A DNA stretch of 64,000 bases from an uncultured Chloroflexia bacterium (lineage in GTDB: Bacteria; Chloroflexota; Dehalococcoidia; UBA2247; RBG-13-53-26). The stretch covers positions 25,202-89,201 of the forward strand of contig CAVRFM010000009.1 in the NCBI GenBank assembly GCA_963720375.1, read 5' to 3'. The notes beneath the pieces were generated by a model. The model was not told where the DNA came from. It ran no database searches and saw nothing but the letters and a program-made list of their open reading frames with translations. Below, one piece after another: positions 1-9,264 of the stretch; positions within the stretch are counted from its first letter, which is position 1, and each line of letters opens with the position of its first letter. The position numbers and the translations under genes are program-made.

Positions 1-325
1 CTGGTCTAGATTTCAAACGCTGGTCGCAATAGAAGGTGCTGCTCTTGGGGTTATCCTTACCAAAACTATTGAGGGTCACCCTGCGATAATCCTAGCATTC
101 GGAAATCTATTACTTGTTGTATTGATTTCGTTGTTAGCTTTAAAAGACCGTACTCACAGCAAGGATTTCCTTGCTAGGATGCGGAAGTACGAAGAAAATA
201 AGGTGGATGAGATTAAATCCAAAGTACTGCCGATAAACGGTTTCATCTTTACAGTCATCGTGTCTGTATTGCTATTGGCCCTGAACATCTACCTAATTAT
301 TTTTGCGTTTCGGGGTAGCGGTTGA
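1..325 (+). CDS. hypothetical membrane protein, 5'-partial (frame open from window edge; first ATG at 122)
   Basis: Frame open from nt 2 to the stop at 325. Two hydrophobic helices (AFGNLLLVVLISLL; FIFTVIVSVLLLALNIYLIIFAF). Sits in the AT-rich (~40% GC) first 0.9 kb. Confidence 0.35.
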   Translation, partial: WSRFQTLVAIEGAALGVILTKTIEGHPAIILAFGNLLLVVLISLLALKDRTHSKDFLARMRKYEENKVDEIKSKVLPINGFIFTVIVSVLLLALNIYLIIFAFRGSG

Positions 326-1021
326 ATTATGGCCAATGCCCATATGGCGACATTAAACCAAAAGAGAACGGAACCCTTTGTCCTAAACACTTGACATTTT
401 GACCACTTGGATTGACCCAGTTGACCTGCAATCTGGCCAGTTATCCCCGGTATCTGACGGGGGGCATAGTCTCGAACAATCACAGGGATTCTCATTGGTA
501 TGCTCCCGCTCGATCATGAGCTTCAACAATGGCAGAATTTCTCTGCGGAATTAACTTGGTGAGACCAAAGGAGAGGGTAAAAGTTCTGCGTATTGTACAC
601 TCAGGCCCACTTCAAAGTTAAGTCCGTGCCGCCAGGCATGGAAAGATCACTTAACTTCGCAAAATCTCATTTCCACCATTATTCTGGCATCACTCGTCCA
701 AGGCTACATCACAAATGTGGGGTAGATCACAGGGGGCTCCTCAGTACTAGCTCCAACAAGAATGAGACGGGTGATCGGTAGATCAATGTCTATTGATTGA
801 AGAGCCTCGTGTGAAAAAGAACAGGCTTGGGTTTACAGGACAGCGATTCCTTATAGAGGGTTCCGTTTGGTTTTTGTTGATGATTCCATCAACTTGATCT
901 CACGCTTTGGCCCTTTTCTACCAAAAGAGAACGGCCCCCCTCTCGGGGTTCAGGGTCACGGATACGCCCTTTGCCGAGTCTTCCAGATCCGAATCAGACC
1001 CAATGAGCATTCCGGGTGGCA

Positions 1022-1324
1022 TCAGTCTTCCAATGTCATCTGCACAGATAACTCGCTGTGCCCAGCAAATCGAGATATTACGAACTTCACCTTCCGTCCT
1101 AGTATCATGTGCTCCTCTGATTCCCTACGCAATCGACTGAAGTCAGCAGTCTCCAGGAACATCTTCAGAAGATCAAGTCGCTCCTCAAGTCCCGGCGACT
1201 GGTCGCCCGACAGGATTTTGCTCATGGTCGCGGCATACTCCTGCTTGGCACGAGTCTCAACGCAGTGCGAAAGATCTGGGAGAAGCTCAATACGCGTAAT
1301 GTGATTTTGAATCTCGTCCATCAT
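1022..1324 (-). CDS. hypothetical protein (100 aa); possible frameshifted continuation MPPGMLIGSDSDLEDSAKG... downstream
   Basis: Mixed-charge, protein-like ORF on the same strand as the downstream MBL hydrolase gene. No recognisable domain. Confidence 0.3.
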   Translation of the reverse strand: MMDEIQNHITRIELLPDLSHCVETRAKQEYAATMSKILSGDQSPGLEERLDLLKMFLETADFSRLRRESEEHMILGRKVKFVISRFAGHSELSVQMTLED

Positions 1325-1385
1325 TGCCGTGCCTAGAGCCGCCCTTGGCTCTGCGGCCTACCCCCACGTTGGCTGTGGTTCTTGT

Positions 1386-2228
1386 CTACACCCCAATCAC
1401 ACTGCCGCAGTTGTTAAAGAAGAAGCCGGGGCCGAATTCTTGAGCCAGTCGCATCGCCGCCGGCATGCCGGTGCAATGCGACACCCCCAGCCTCTGCACA
1501 CCGAACTCCTTCAGTGCAGCCATCGTCATCTCCATCTGGACCTCTGATGCCCGAATAAGGTGTGTACCCCCAATGACGGAGTATATCGTTTCCACCCCCG
1601 TTACATTTCGAGCGTGGTGCAGTGTATTGATAGCCCCTCGGTGGGCACAGCCCAGGACAACCACGAGGCCGAGGCTTGTCTTTATGAAAAGGGCTTGATC
1701 GTCCCTCAGTGGGTCGGGGATCATCTCTCCGTTTTCCCGAACGTATAGCCCAGGGTCTATGGTCTCAAAGTCAGTGATCATGGGGATCTCGCCGCTGGTG
1801 ACCATATTCTCAGACAGCCATATCGGTTCGCTGGTGAGTTGGAAATCGGCACCCAGACTTTCCAATTCCGCCCTCTGAAAGGGGATGCCGATATACTCGT
1901 GTGACTCATCCTTGCTGATCTGAATGAACTTCGCATCAAAGACATCAGGATGGGCGAAAATCTTTACCTGCTTCCTGATTCGGGTCAGGACTTCTCTCAA
2001 CCCACCCGTATGGTCGTAGTGACCGTGACTGAGGACTATGGCATCGATGCGGTCCCAGTTTATGCCCAGGAGCCCGCCATTGCGAGCAGCCGACATGCTG
2101 GCCCCAGCATCCAGCAGTATCTTTCTGTCATCTCTCTCCACCAAGACGCTCAGACCCCACTCGCCCAGCAAACCCCGCGGCCTGACGAAGGCTGTGTTTT
2201 CACTCAACGTTGTAGCACGGGCTTCCAT
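1386..2228 (-). CDS. MBL-fold metallo-hydrolase
   Basis: HGHYDHTGG zinc-binding motif (HxHxDH), and a later conserved His (GGTHL), typical of the metallo-beta-lactamase fold. 280 aa. Confidence 0.8.
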   Translation of the reverse strand: MEARATTLSENTAFVRPRGLLGEWGLSVLVERDDRKILLDAGASMSAARNGGLLGINWDRIDAIVLSHGHYDHTGGLREVLTRIRKQVKIFAHPDVFDAKFIQISKDESHEYIGIPFQRAELESLGADFQLTSEPIWLSENMVTSGEIPMITDFETIDPGLYVRENGEMIPDPLRDDQALFIKTSLGLVVVLGCAHRGAINTLHHARNVTGVETIYSVIGGTHLIRASEVQMEMTMAALKEFGVQRLGVSHCTGMPAAMRLAQEFGPGFFFNNCGSVIGV

Positions 2229-2244
2229 GTTGCTCTACCTCCTA

Positions 2245-3327
2245 TCAGGATTTTTTCTGTGTCTGTCTCCCTCTTTTCGATGTGGCTTCAACAAAGGCCT
2301 TACCGAAACCGGGGATCAATGGTGAGTCGTACTGCTCCAGATCACCGTCGTCGCACAGTTTTGCCAACTCAGGGTCAACGGGCAGTTGTGCCAGAAGGGG
2401 TGCCTGGGCTGCCTTGGCCATCTCTTCCGCCTTGCTCTTGCCGAAGATTTCCAGCCGCTTACCGCTGTCCGGTAGAACCAGGTAACTCATGTTCTCCACA
2501 ACACCTATGATGGGTATTTTCATTTCCTGGCACATCTGGAGGGCCTTGCGCACCACCATGGCGGCCAGTTCCTGTGGACTGAAGACGACAACGACACCGG
2601 AGACAGGCAGCGACTGCAGAACAGTCAGGGGTGCATCGGCGGTGCCCGGCGGCAGGTCCACTATGAGGTAATCGAGCTTGCCCCAGAGGACTTCCTCCCA
2701 GAACTGGGTGATGGCTTTGCCGATCAGGGGACCCCGCCAGATGACGGCATCATCCTCATGAGGCAGGAAGAGATTCATGGAGATCATTTCGATGCCAGCC
2801 TTGGTGGAGACCGGCATGATGCCGCTGTCACTGCCCGTCGGCCGCACCGTCATGCCGAACATCCGGGGAATGCTAGGGCCGGTGATGTCACCATCCAGAA
2901 TACCCACATCCAGGCCTTGCCGGGCCAGGGAAAGCGCTAGGAGGCCGCTCACTAGTGATTTCCCTACGCCTCCCTTGCCACTCATCACGGCGACTACGTG
3001 TTTGACTTCGTTCACTTCCGATGGTTTGGCTTCGACAAACTCCGTCTCCACCTCCTTCACATCAGGCAGCTCCTTTATAGCTTCCTCCACCTTGCTCTTG
3101 ACCCATTCAAGGGCACCCGTATAAAGCGCTGTTGAGGCCAGGCTCACTTTGACCTTGTGGTCGGACACAGCTACCTCTCTGACGAGGTTCATCCTCACCA
3201 GACTGCGCATAGCGCCGGGCACGAGGACTCCCTCAAGGCTTCCTCTTACTTGCTCTTCAGTTACCATTTTTTCACTCCTGTCTAACCGTCTTGAGAAATG
3301 GGGCAGCAGTTTGTCCTTCTCTGGCAC
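2245..3327 (-). CDS. apbC: Mrp/NBP35 (ApbC) family Fe-S cluster carrier ATPase with N-terminal DUF59
   Basis: Walker A GKGGVGKS, CxxC near the C-terminus, N-terminal DUF59-like segment, 360 aa. Confidence 0.85.
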   Translation of the reverse strand: MPEKDKLLPHFSRRLDRSEKMVTEEQVRGSLEGVLVPGAMRSLVRMNLVREVAVSDHKVKVSLASTALYTGALEWVKSKVEEAIKELPDVKEVETEFVEAKPSEVNEVKHVVAVMSGKGGVGKSLVSGLLALSLARQGLDVGILDGDITGPSIPRMFGMTVRPTGSDSGIMPVSTKAGIEMISMNLFLPHEDDAVIWRGPLIGKAITQFWEEVLWGKLDYLIVDLPPGTADAPLTVLQSLPVSGVVVVFSPQELAAMVVRKALQMCQEMKIPIIGVVENMSYLVLPDSGKRLEIFGKSKAEEMAKAAQAPLLAQLPVDPELAKLCDDGDLEQYDSPLIPGFGKAFVEATSKRGRQTQKKS

Positions 3328-3330
3328 TGA

Positions 3331-3723
3331 TTAGTGCACTCTCTCCATCAGATTGGGTAGTTTGCCGACAAGGTGGAGCTGGACCGCTTCGTCGATGTTC
3401 TGGACATCGGTGACAATGGACTGTATGTTGTAGCTTTTCAGGCTTTCGTAAGCGCCCCGACCCATGCCCCCGGCCAGGAGCACCTGGCAGTCGGTTATGG
3501 TGTCGGCCATACTGCGGTGCTTGGCCTGTGAGGCTGCGTCAAAACCGTGGCGCTCTCCTTCTGGATGCTGTTCCTGGACGGCAAAGGTATGGTGCCCTGC
3601 TTTGGGCCTCTTCTCCTTGCTGACAACCTTCCCGTCCTCCACTGTCAACACCACGTAGAACATGGCTCTGCCGAAGTGCTGGCTGATAGTCGTTCCATCA
3701 TCTGATACAACCGCGATCTTCAC
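3331..3723 (-). CDS. NifX/NifB-C-like dinitrogenase FeMo-cofactor biosynthesis domain protein
   Basis: MKIAVVSDDGTTISQHFGRA N-terminus typical of the NifX / NafY / NifB-C family. 130 aa. Overlaps the upstream DUF134 gene by 4 nt. Confidence 0.7.
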   Translation of the reverse strand: MKIAVVSDDGTTISQHFGRAMFYVVLTVEDGKVVSKEKRPKAGHHTFAVQEQHPEGERHGFDAASQAKHRSMADTITDCQVLLAGGMGRGAYESLKSYNIQSIVTDVQNIDEAVQLHLVGKLPNLMERVH

Positions 3724-4211
3724 TTCTTCCTCCTTCTAGTCTTTGCTGACTGGTATGCCCCTTCTGCTGCAACCGGTGTTTCCGTTTTCAAGCCTGTCTC
3801 CTTTTCAGTGGATGCAGGCAAAACGTTTGACGTGTTACATATTGGACACGCCCTTGGATATTGACCGAGTGCGTCACCTGTCTCCCATTCATGTCCGGCG
3901 TTGCATCTGAAACGACTGGCAACAAGCTCATAGTTGCCACCCTCGATCCTCAGTGCCTTGCCGGCAAGGAGGCTATCAGCGATCTTCTTCCTGGCGGAAG
4001 CCAGTACTCGCTGAAAAGTCGGTCTTGAGATGCTCATTCTCTGAGCACATTGCTGTTGCTCCAAGTGTTCCAGGTCTCGAAGCCGTATCGCCTCCATCTC
4101 ATCCAAGGAGAGGCAATTCTCCTCCAGCATTCTGAGAGGAATACCCGCCGGTTTGAAATAAGTCACACCTGGGACGAAGCAGACTTTGCGGCACTTGAAC
4201 GGTCTTGACAT
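3720..4211 (-). CDS. DUF134 family putative DNA-binding protein with C-terminal zinc ribbon
   Basis: PFKCRKVCFVPGVTYFKPAGIP...LSLDEMEAIRLRDLEHLEQQQCAQRMSISRPTFQRVL matches the DUF134 (sigma-70 region-4-like) signature. C-terminal CNAGHEW...CPIC zinc ribbon. Confidence 0.7.
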   Translation of the reverse strand: MSRPFKCRKVCFVPGVTYFKPAGIPLRMLEENCLSLDEMEAIRLRDLEHLEQQQCAQRMSISRPTFQRVLASARKKIADSLLAGKALRIEGGNYELVASRFRCNAGHEWETGDALGQYPRACPICNTSNVLPASTEKETGLKTETPVAAEGAYQSAKTRRRKK

Positions 4212-4541
4212 ATATGCATCTCCAAACTATAATGAGCATATGCTCGTAATTCATCGTAACAGGCTGTCCAATGCCTGTCAAATTGCTGAGCTAACACCAT
4301 TCTCCGGGCTGTGCCAATCCAAGTCTCTTCCACAACCCCAAGCTAAGTGAGATTGCTAATGGCAGTGTCCAATGCTGCCTGTGATAATAGCTGCCAGCAG
4401 CAAGAGTATCCGTGAAGCTGGAAATGCCATTATTCAAGTGGAGCGCTGTAGGGGTGAGGAGTCGATTTCAGGCCGCGGCCAAGACATAAGGCAACCTTAC
4501 AAAGAAGTGATCCGCGAAAAATAGATGGGAGGTGCAGGAGA

Positions 4542-5888
4542 ATGGAACGTGCTGATGTAGTTATCATCGGGGGTAGTGCTGCTGGTGCCACCGCAGCCGT
4601 AAGCTGCCGGAGAAGGAATCCAGACAAGACTGTCATCCTTCTACGCCAGGAAAAGCAGGTGCTGGTTCCGTGCGGCATACCATATATTTTCGGAACCCTG
4701 GGCAGTCCGGAGAAGAATCTGATTCCGGACACGTTGTTGACTGGCAACGGCGTGCGCATTGTTGTCGGCGCTGCCGAGAGGATAGACAGGGAGACGAAGA
4801 CCATTCATACAGGTGCTGGGGACCAGATAAGCTATGACAGACTTGTTCTGGCCACGGGGTCGCTACCTGCAGTTCTGCCAATTCCCGGCATTGAGAAAGA
4901 AAATGTCTTCGTAATAAGGAAGGATGTCAGTTACCTGCAACACATGCTTGAAGCAGTCAATCAAGCCAGCAACATAGTCGTCATTGGAGGAGGTTTTATT
5001 GGGGCAGAATTTGCGGATGAATGCCGGAAAGGCCGTCAGAATAGCGTCACCATTGTTGAGAAACTTCCCCATTGCCTGCAGTTAGCATTCGATGACGAGT
5101 TCTGCATCGAGGCTGAGAAATCACTCACCGACAGAGGAGTCAAAATCATCGCCAAGGATACCGTGGAGGCTATAGTCGGTGATAAGAAGGTAAAGGGAGT
5201 GCGTTTAGCCAGCGGGTCCGAGTTGAAAGCTGACGTGGTTATTGTGAGCATAGGAGTGCAGCCAAATACCCAACTGGCAGAGAAGGCCGGCCTTCAAGTA
5301 AGCCCGTCGACAGGCGGAATCACTGTCGACCGCCACCAGCGGGTCAGAGAGGATCCTCATGTCTTTGCCTGCGGTGACTGCGCGACAAAGGTATCATTCT
5401 TTGGCGGAAAGCCAGTAAAGACATGGCTCGCTTCTGTAGCTACCAATGAAGCTCGCCTTGCAGCAGCCAATTTGTTCGCGATACAGCAGGCTGGGCTAGG
5501 TACACTGGGTGTCTTTTCCACGCAGATTGGTGAACACGCTATTGCCGCTGCTGGTCTAATCGAAAGACAGGCATTGCAAGAAGGGTACAACATAGTGGTC
5601 GGTCAGGCCAAGGCACCGAGCAAGCATCCGGGTGGGATGCCAGGGGCAGTGCCCACTTCAGTGAAACTTATCTTCTCCAAGAACGATGGGGTAATTCTTG
5701 GTGGGGAAGCATCAGGTGGCACCTGTGTGGGTGAACAGATCAATGTCATCAGTGCCTGCATCCAGCATAGGATGACTGCCCATGAGGTTTCGCTGTTTCA
5801 GATGGGTACCCATCCGACACTCTGTGCGTCACCAATTTCCTATCAGATAGTGAATGCTGCAGAAGAAGCTGTTATGAAGCTGAGGTAA
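4542..5888 (+). CDS. FAD-dependent pyridine nucleotide-disulfide oxidoreductase (NADH oxidase / CoA-disulfide reductase family)
   Basis: Two Rossmann dinucleotide motifs (VVIIGGSAAGATAA; VVIGGGFIGAEFA), active-site Cys near the N-terminus (VPCGIPY), 448 aa. Confidence 0.8.
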   Translation: MERADVVIIGGSAAGATAAVSCRRRNPDKTVILLRQEKQVLVPCGIPYIFGTLGSPEKNLIPDTLLTGNGVRIVVGAAERIDRETKTIHTGAGDQISYDRLVLATGSLPAVLPIPGIEKENVFVIRKDVSYLQHMLEAVNQASNIVVIGGGFIGAEFADECRKGRQNSVTIVEKLPHCLQLAFDDEFCIEAEKSLTDRGVKIIAKDTVEAIVGDKKVKGVRLASGSELKADVVIVSIGVQPNTQLAEKAGLQVSPSTGGITVDRHQRVREDPHVFACGDCATKVSFFGGKPVKTWLASVATNEARLAAANLFAIQQAGLGTLGVFSTQIGEHAIAAAGLIERQALQEGYNIVVGQAKAPSKHPGGMPGAVPTSVKLIFSKNDGVILGGEASGGTCVGEQINVISACIQHRMTAHEVSLFQMGTHPTLCASPISYQIVNAAEEAVMKLR

Positions 5889-5899
5889 GTGCCCCCGCT

Positions 5900-6058
5900 G
5901 TGGAGAAAGAAGGGGAAGGAAGAGAGCAGAGGATATTCAGCTTGATCGAGACTGAACTGCTGCAGATCAGAGCGCACACTACAAATCCAAAGACGAGCAG
6001 AGACCTGCATTGCCAGTGGGAATTCGCGGTTGAGCACAAGCCATCGGGGCCGGTCTAG
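5900..6058 (+). pseudogene. in-frame 50-aa fragment paralogous to the C-terminus of the 45019..45588 protein (gene remnant or small stand-alone domain)
   Basis: Translates as VEKEGEGREQRIFSLIETELLQIRAHTTNPKTSRDLHCQWEFAVEHKPSGPV. Compare EKEGEGRERRICRQIETELIGLRAHTINPRIKV...DDIHCQWEFKLEG at the end of ORF 45019. No start codon and no RBS. Confidence 0.35.
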
Positions 6059-6073
6059 GTCTCTCCAACGGCG

Positions 6074-6595
6074 GTGCATTCCAAGGCTGATTATGGTTAT
6101 TGCGGCTTTAGAAAGGGTATCGAGGTGAGCGAGAAAGCGTTTCAGGAGTACTACCCAGACCAACTGAGTCACTGCTATGGTTGTGGTCGACTAAACGAGA
6201 ACGGTCTCCACATCCAAAGCTACTGGGATAGAGAGGAGTCTGTCTGCCGCTTCCAGCCTAAGCCGTACCATATAGCCATTCCCGGATATGTGTATGGTGG
6301 CCTCATTGCCTCCCTGATTGACTGTCACTGCACGGGTACAGCGGCCGCTGCTTCTTATCGGGCCGAGGGACGGGCTATGGGAACTGAGCCAGCGCTGCGG
6401 TTTGTGACGGCTTCACTACATGTTGATTATCTTCGTCCAACGCCGCTGGGTATACCCATAGAGGTGCGGGCGTCGGTGAAGGAGATCAAAGGGCGCAAGG
6501 TCGCCATGGCAGCGACGTTATCGGCTGATGGGGTTGTTTGCGCCCGGGGAGAGGTGGTGGCGGTAAGGATGCCGGAGCACTTGGTGACCAAGTAG
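6074..6595 (+). CDS. PaaI/hotdog-fold thioesterase family protein
   Basis: SHCYGCG...NGLHI...YHIAIPGYVYGGLIASLIDCHCTG is the PaaI-type hotdog thioesterase signature. 173 aa. Confidence 0.6.
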   Translation: MHSKADYGYCGFRKGIEVSEKAFQEYYPDQLSHCYGCGRLNENGLHIQSYWDREESVCRFQPKPYHIAIPGYVYGGLIASLIDCHCTGTAAAASYRAEGRAMGTEPALRFVTASLHVDYLRPTPLGIPIEVRASVKEIKGRKVAMAATLSADGVVCARGEVVAVRMPEHLVTK

Positions 6596-7050
6596 GGCAT
6601 ATAGAATCCTTGTTCAATCTCAAGGATTGCGCCTTCGTTGGGTGCCCAAATTTACATAAATACAGGTCACCGAGCTGTCCGGTGGGCAGAGCTGGGATTC
6701 TTGACAAGGCCTAGGCCTTGTCCTATTGTGAACACCTACTAAGTGTTCTGGCAACTCTCGGTCCACTTCTGTAAGTGGCTCAGCAACAGATAGGCGAGTC
6801 GATGTGAAGCTCAGTGGGTGCGAGCGTGGAGTTTTACCTACCATACAGAATGCTACCCCCAAAATGAACTTGGTTCACTAGGCACGAAAACGGGGGTTCT
6901 GAGGCAGAGCTGGCCCTGATTTTCACCAGGTTAAGGTGCCGAAAAGGGCTCCCCGGATACCAGACGCAGACTCCTTAACTTATATGAGCAGCAGGGCATT
7001 GGGGGCTGCTCTCCGAGTCGATGACTTTGTTTCTCCGCATGTAGTGACAA

Positions 7051-7146
7051 GACCGCGTATTTTACCCGTCCCCAAATCAGGTAGATTTGCTAATGGATAC
7101 TCACGTTCTCTTCTGTGATACTAGTTTATCGAGGAAGCATGACATA
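7051..7146 (+). repeat. intergenic repeat element family A, copy 1
   Basis: gaccgcgtattttacccgtccccaaatcaggtagatttgctaat...aggaagcatga is ~93% identical to 12964..13060. Lies 25 nt upstream of the start codon at 7171. Confidence 0.8.
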
Positions 7147-7170
7147 ATTTGAGGAAGGAGGTGCAAAGGT

Positions 7171-7662
7171 ATGTCACGTTCAGTCCGATACATCGCGGTT
7201 GCAATCCTGATATTGGGAGTGGTGGGGGTGGCTATCGGTATCGCCTTTGTAGTTGAGGGCCAGCTCAAAGCTAACTACATTACAAACTCGATGCGTGAGG
7301 AACAGGTCACCCTTGGGGACCTTGGTATTCAGGGAGCACAGGCGGGGGAATTGATCGATTCTGCTGCTACAGCCCAGTTAGCTGCTGACAAAATTAAGGA
7401 GCACCGTCAGTCAATTTATCCAACCTACGATGCCCTCATAAAAGCATCGGCCACGGGGAGATTCGATGCTACCAATCCAACGGATTTGGCCTACGCACAA
7501 GCGATGAACCTGGAGAACTATCTGTATCTTGGTGTTGCCAGTCTGGGTTTAGCTACTGTGGTCACCGTCAGCGGTATCTTCATGGTTGTCACCGGGATCG
7601 CTGTTGGTGGAACGGGCCTGGTACTGTTCCAACTCGCCAGGAGGACTCCGCCGGGCAGTTAG
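7171..7662 (+). CDS. hypothetical membrane protein
   Basis: Strong RBS (gaggaaggagg). N-terminal TM helix (IAVAILILGVVGVAIGIAFVV) and C-terminal TM helix (YLGVASLGLATVVTVSGIFMVVTGIAVGG). Confidence 0.55.
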   Translation: MSRSVRYIAVAILILGVVGVAIGIAFVVEGQLKANYITNSMREEQVTLGDLGIQGAQAGELIDSAATAQLAADKIKEHRQSIYPTYDALIKASATGRFDATNPTDLAYAQAMNLENYLYLGVASLGLATVVTVSGIFMVVTGIAVGGTGLVLFQLARRTPPGS

Positions 7663-7889
7663 CCCGGACCAGGGCTTAACGGGATCAGCAAACGCGGATC
7701 GCGAGCCTGGAGGTACTTTAGGATATGAGAAGAGACTGTCAATCCCCCCATAGAATCAGAGCAAAGCGGGCCACGTTCCTCCCCTGACGAAGGGGCATGA
7801 GTAGTTCCCGGGTTTAATTAACCATATGCTGAAAGATCAACTCAGAGGAATAAAGATGGGAATGCCCCCTGTTCCCGTGCGGGGCAAAC

Positions 7890-8813
7890 TTGCGGAGGTG
7901 TGCTATGTATGACCTGATCATCATCGGCGCAGGTCCGGCAGGGATGACTGCAGCAGTATACGCTGCCAGGAAGAGACTACACATCGTGATGGTGAGTAAG
8001 GATCTTGGAGGTCAAGCAGTCTGGGCAACAAAGGTGGAAAACTACATGGGCTACCAGTTCATTGAAGGTGCGGATTTGATGCGAAAATTCGAGGACCATG
8101 TGAAGCTATTTCCCCTGGACCAGATGATAGGAGAGGACATAGTAACACTGTCCAGGATGGACGGCGGGTTTGAGATCAGGATGGCTGGGGGTGGAACCTA
8201 CCAGGCGAAAGCGGTGATAGTAGCTACCGGGAAGCACCCCCGTCAGCTTAATGTGCCTGGTGAGGAGAGACTCAGAGGGAGAGGTGTATCATATTGCGCC
8301 GTATGTGATGGCCCCCTCTTCAGTCAAGAGAAGGTGGCTGTAATTGGGGGTGGGAACTCTGCAGTGGAAGCCGCACATGACATGATCAAGATAGCTGACC
8401 ATGTTTACCTCGTTTCTCTTACGCAGGTCACTGCTGATCAGGCACTCTTCGACAAGCTGAAAACCGCCCCCAATCTTACAGTCCTTCCGGAGTCGGAGGT
8501 AGTAGAGATCGAGGGGTCAAACCTTGTGGAGGGCGTCAGGATCAGAGACAAAAAGAGCGGCAGCGAAAAAGGGCTCAAGGTTGGAGGCGTCTTTGTCGAG
8601 ATCGGGCGGATACCAAGTTCTGAGCTTGTCAAGGATATAGCTAGGGTCAACAGATTTGGTGAGATTGAGGTGAATCGCAATTGCGAGACCGGCATACCGG
8701 GGCTATTCGCTGCCGGGGATGTCACTGATCTTCCGGATAAACAGATAGTGATCGCTGCCGCTGAAGGTGCCAAGGCAGCTTTACAGGCTCACCGTTACCT
8801 GCAGAGACTTTGA
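7890..8813 (+). CDS. trxB: thioredoxin-disulfide reductase
   Basis: YDLIIIGAGPAGMTAAVYAA FAD motif, redox-active CAVCDG, a second GGGNSAVE NADPH motif, 307 aa. Confidence 0.8.
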   Translation: MRRCAMYDLIIIGAGPAGMTAAVYAARKRLHIVMVSKDLGGQAVWATKVENYMGYQFIEGADLMRKFEDHVKLFPLDQMIGEDIVTLSRMDGGFEIRMAGGGTYQAKAVIVATGKHPRQLNVPGEERLRGRGVSYCAVCDGPLFSQEKVAVIGGGNSAVEAAHDMIKIADHVYLVSLTQVTADQALFDKLKTAPNLTVLPESEVVEIEGSNLVEGVRIRDKKSGSEKGLKVGGVFVEIGRIPSSELVKDIARVNRFGEIEVNRNCETGIPGLFAAGDVTDLPDKQIVIAAAEGAKAALQAHRYLQRL

Positions 8814-9007
8814 TGTCTAGATGGGGGATGGTCGTAGGAATTGAACGGCCTCACCTGACGATTAGTCAGGAGCCGGGATAATGACCGAAGAAAATGCTCA
8901 GCGGGAGGGAGGTGATCATTTTTACAGTGTGCTAATGCGTGGTCCTTGACCTTTGTGGAGGAACCGAGTCTATCGTTTGATCGAAAAGATTAATTAGGAG
9001 GAAGTAG

Positions 9008-9208
9008 ATGGCAGAGAAAAAGCAGGCATCAACAAAGCAGGCAGCTGCGAAGAAGAATGCTGCCAAAGGTGAGTCCTACGTCTGCGGGGTATGCGGACTA
9101 GCAGTAACGGTCGATGAGGCGTGCGGGTGTACTGAAGTGTGTGACATTATTTGTTGTGAAGAGCCAATGAAGAGGAAACCCGCCAGGTCCGGATCAACCA
9201 GGAAATAG
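9008..9208 (+). CDS. small cysteine-rich protein (66 aa, 9 Cys), putative metal-binding
   Basis: Strong RBS (aggaggaag). CGVCG...CGC...CDIICC cysteine arrangement. Lys/Ala-rich N-terminus. Confidence 0.5.
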   Translation: MAEKKQASTKQAAAKKNAAKGESYVCGVCGLAVTVDEACGCTEVCDIICCEEPMKRKPARSGSTRK

Positions 9209-9264
9209 CCCCCTCGAAAATCATCACGGTTGATCTGAGAAAATAACAAGAGCAGGAGATAATC

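Noticed and set aside
867-1304. 145-aa ORF (+ strand) overlapping the 1022..1324 minus-strand ORF
   Set aside because: Ser/Arg/Pro-rich low-complexity translation. Antisense to a more protein-like ORF. Likely spurious.
6936-7118. 60-aa ORF overlapping repeat A1, and 89-aa ORF 10178..10447 overlapping repeat B1
   Set aside because: Both are explained by the conserved intergenic repeat elements. They lack RBSs and sit in leaders of real genes.
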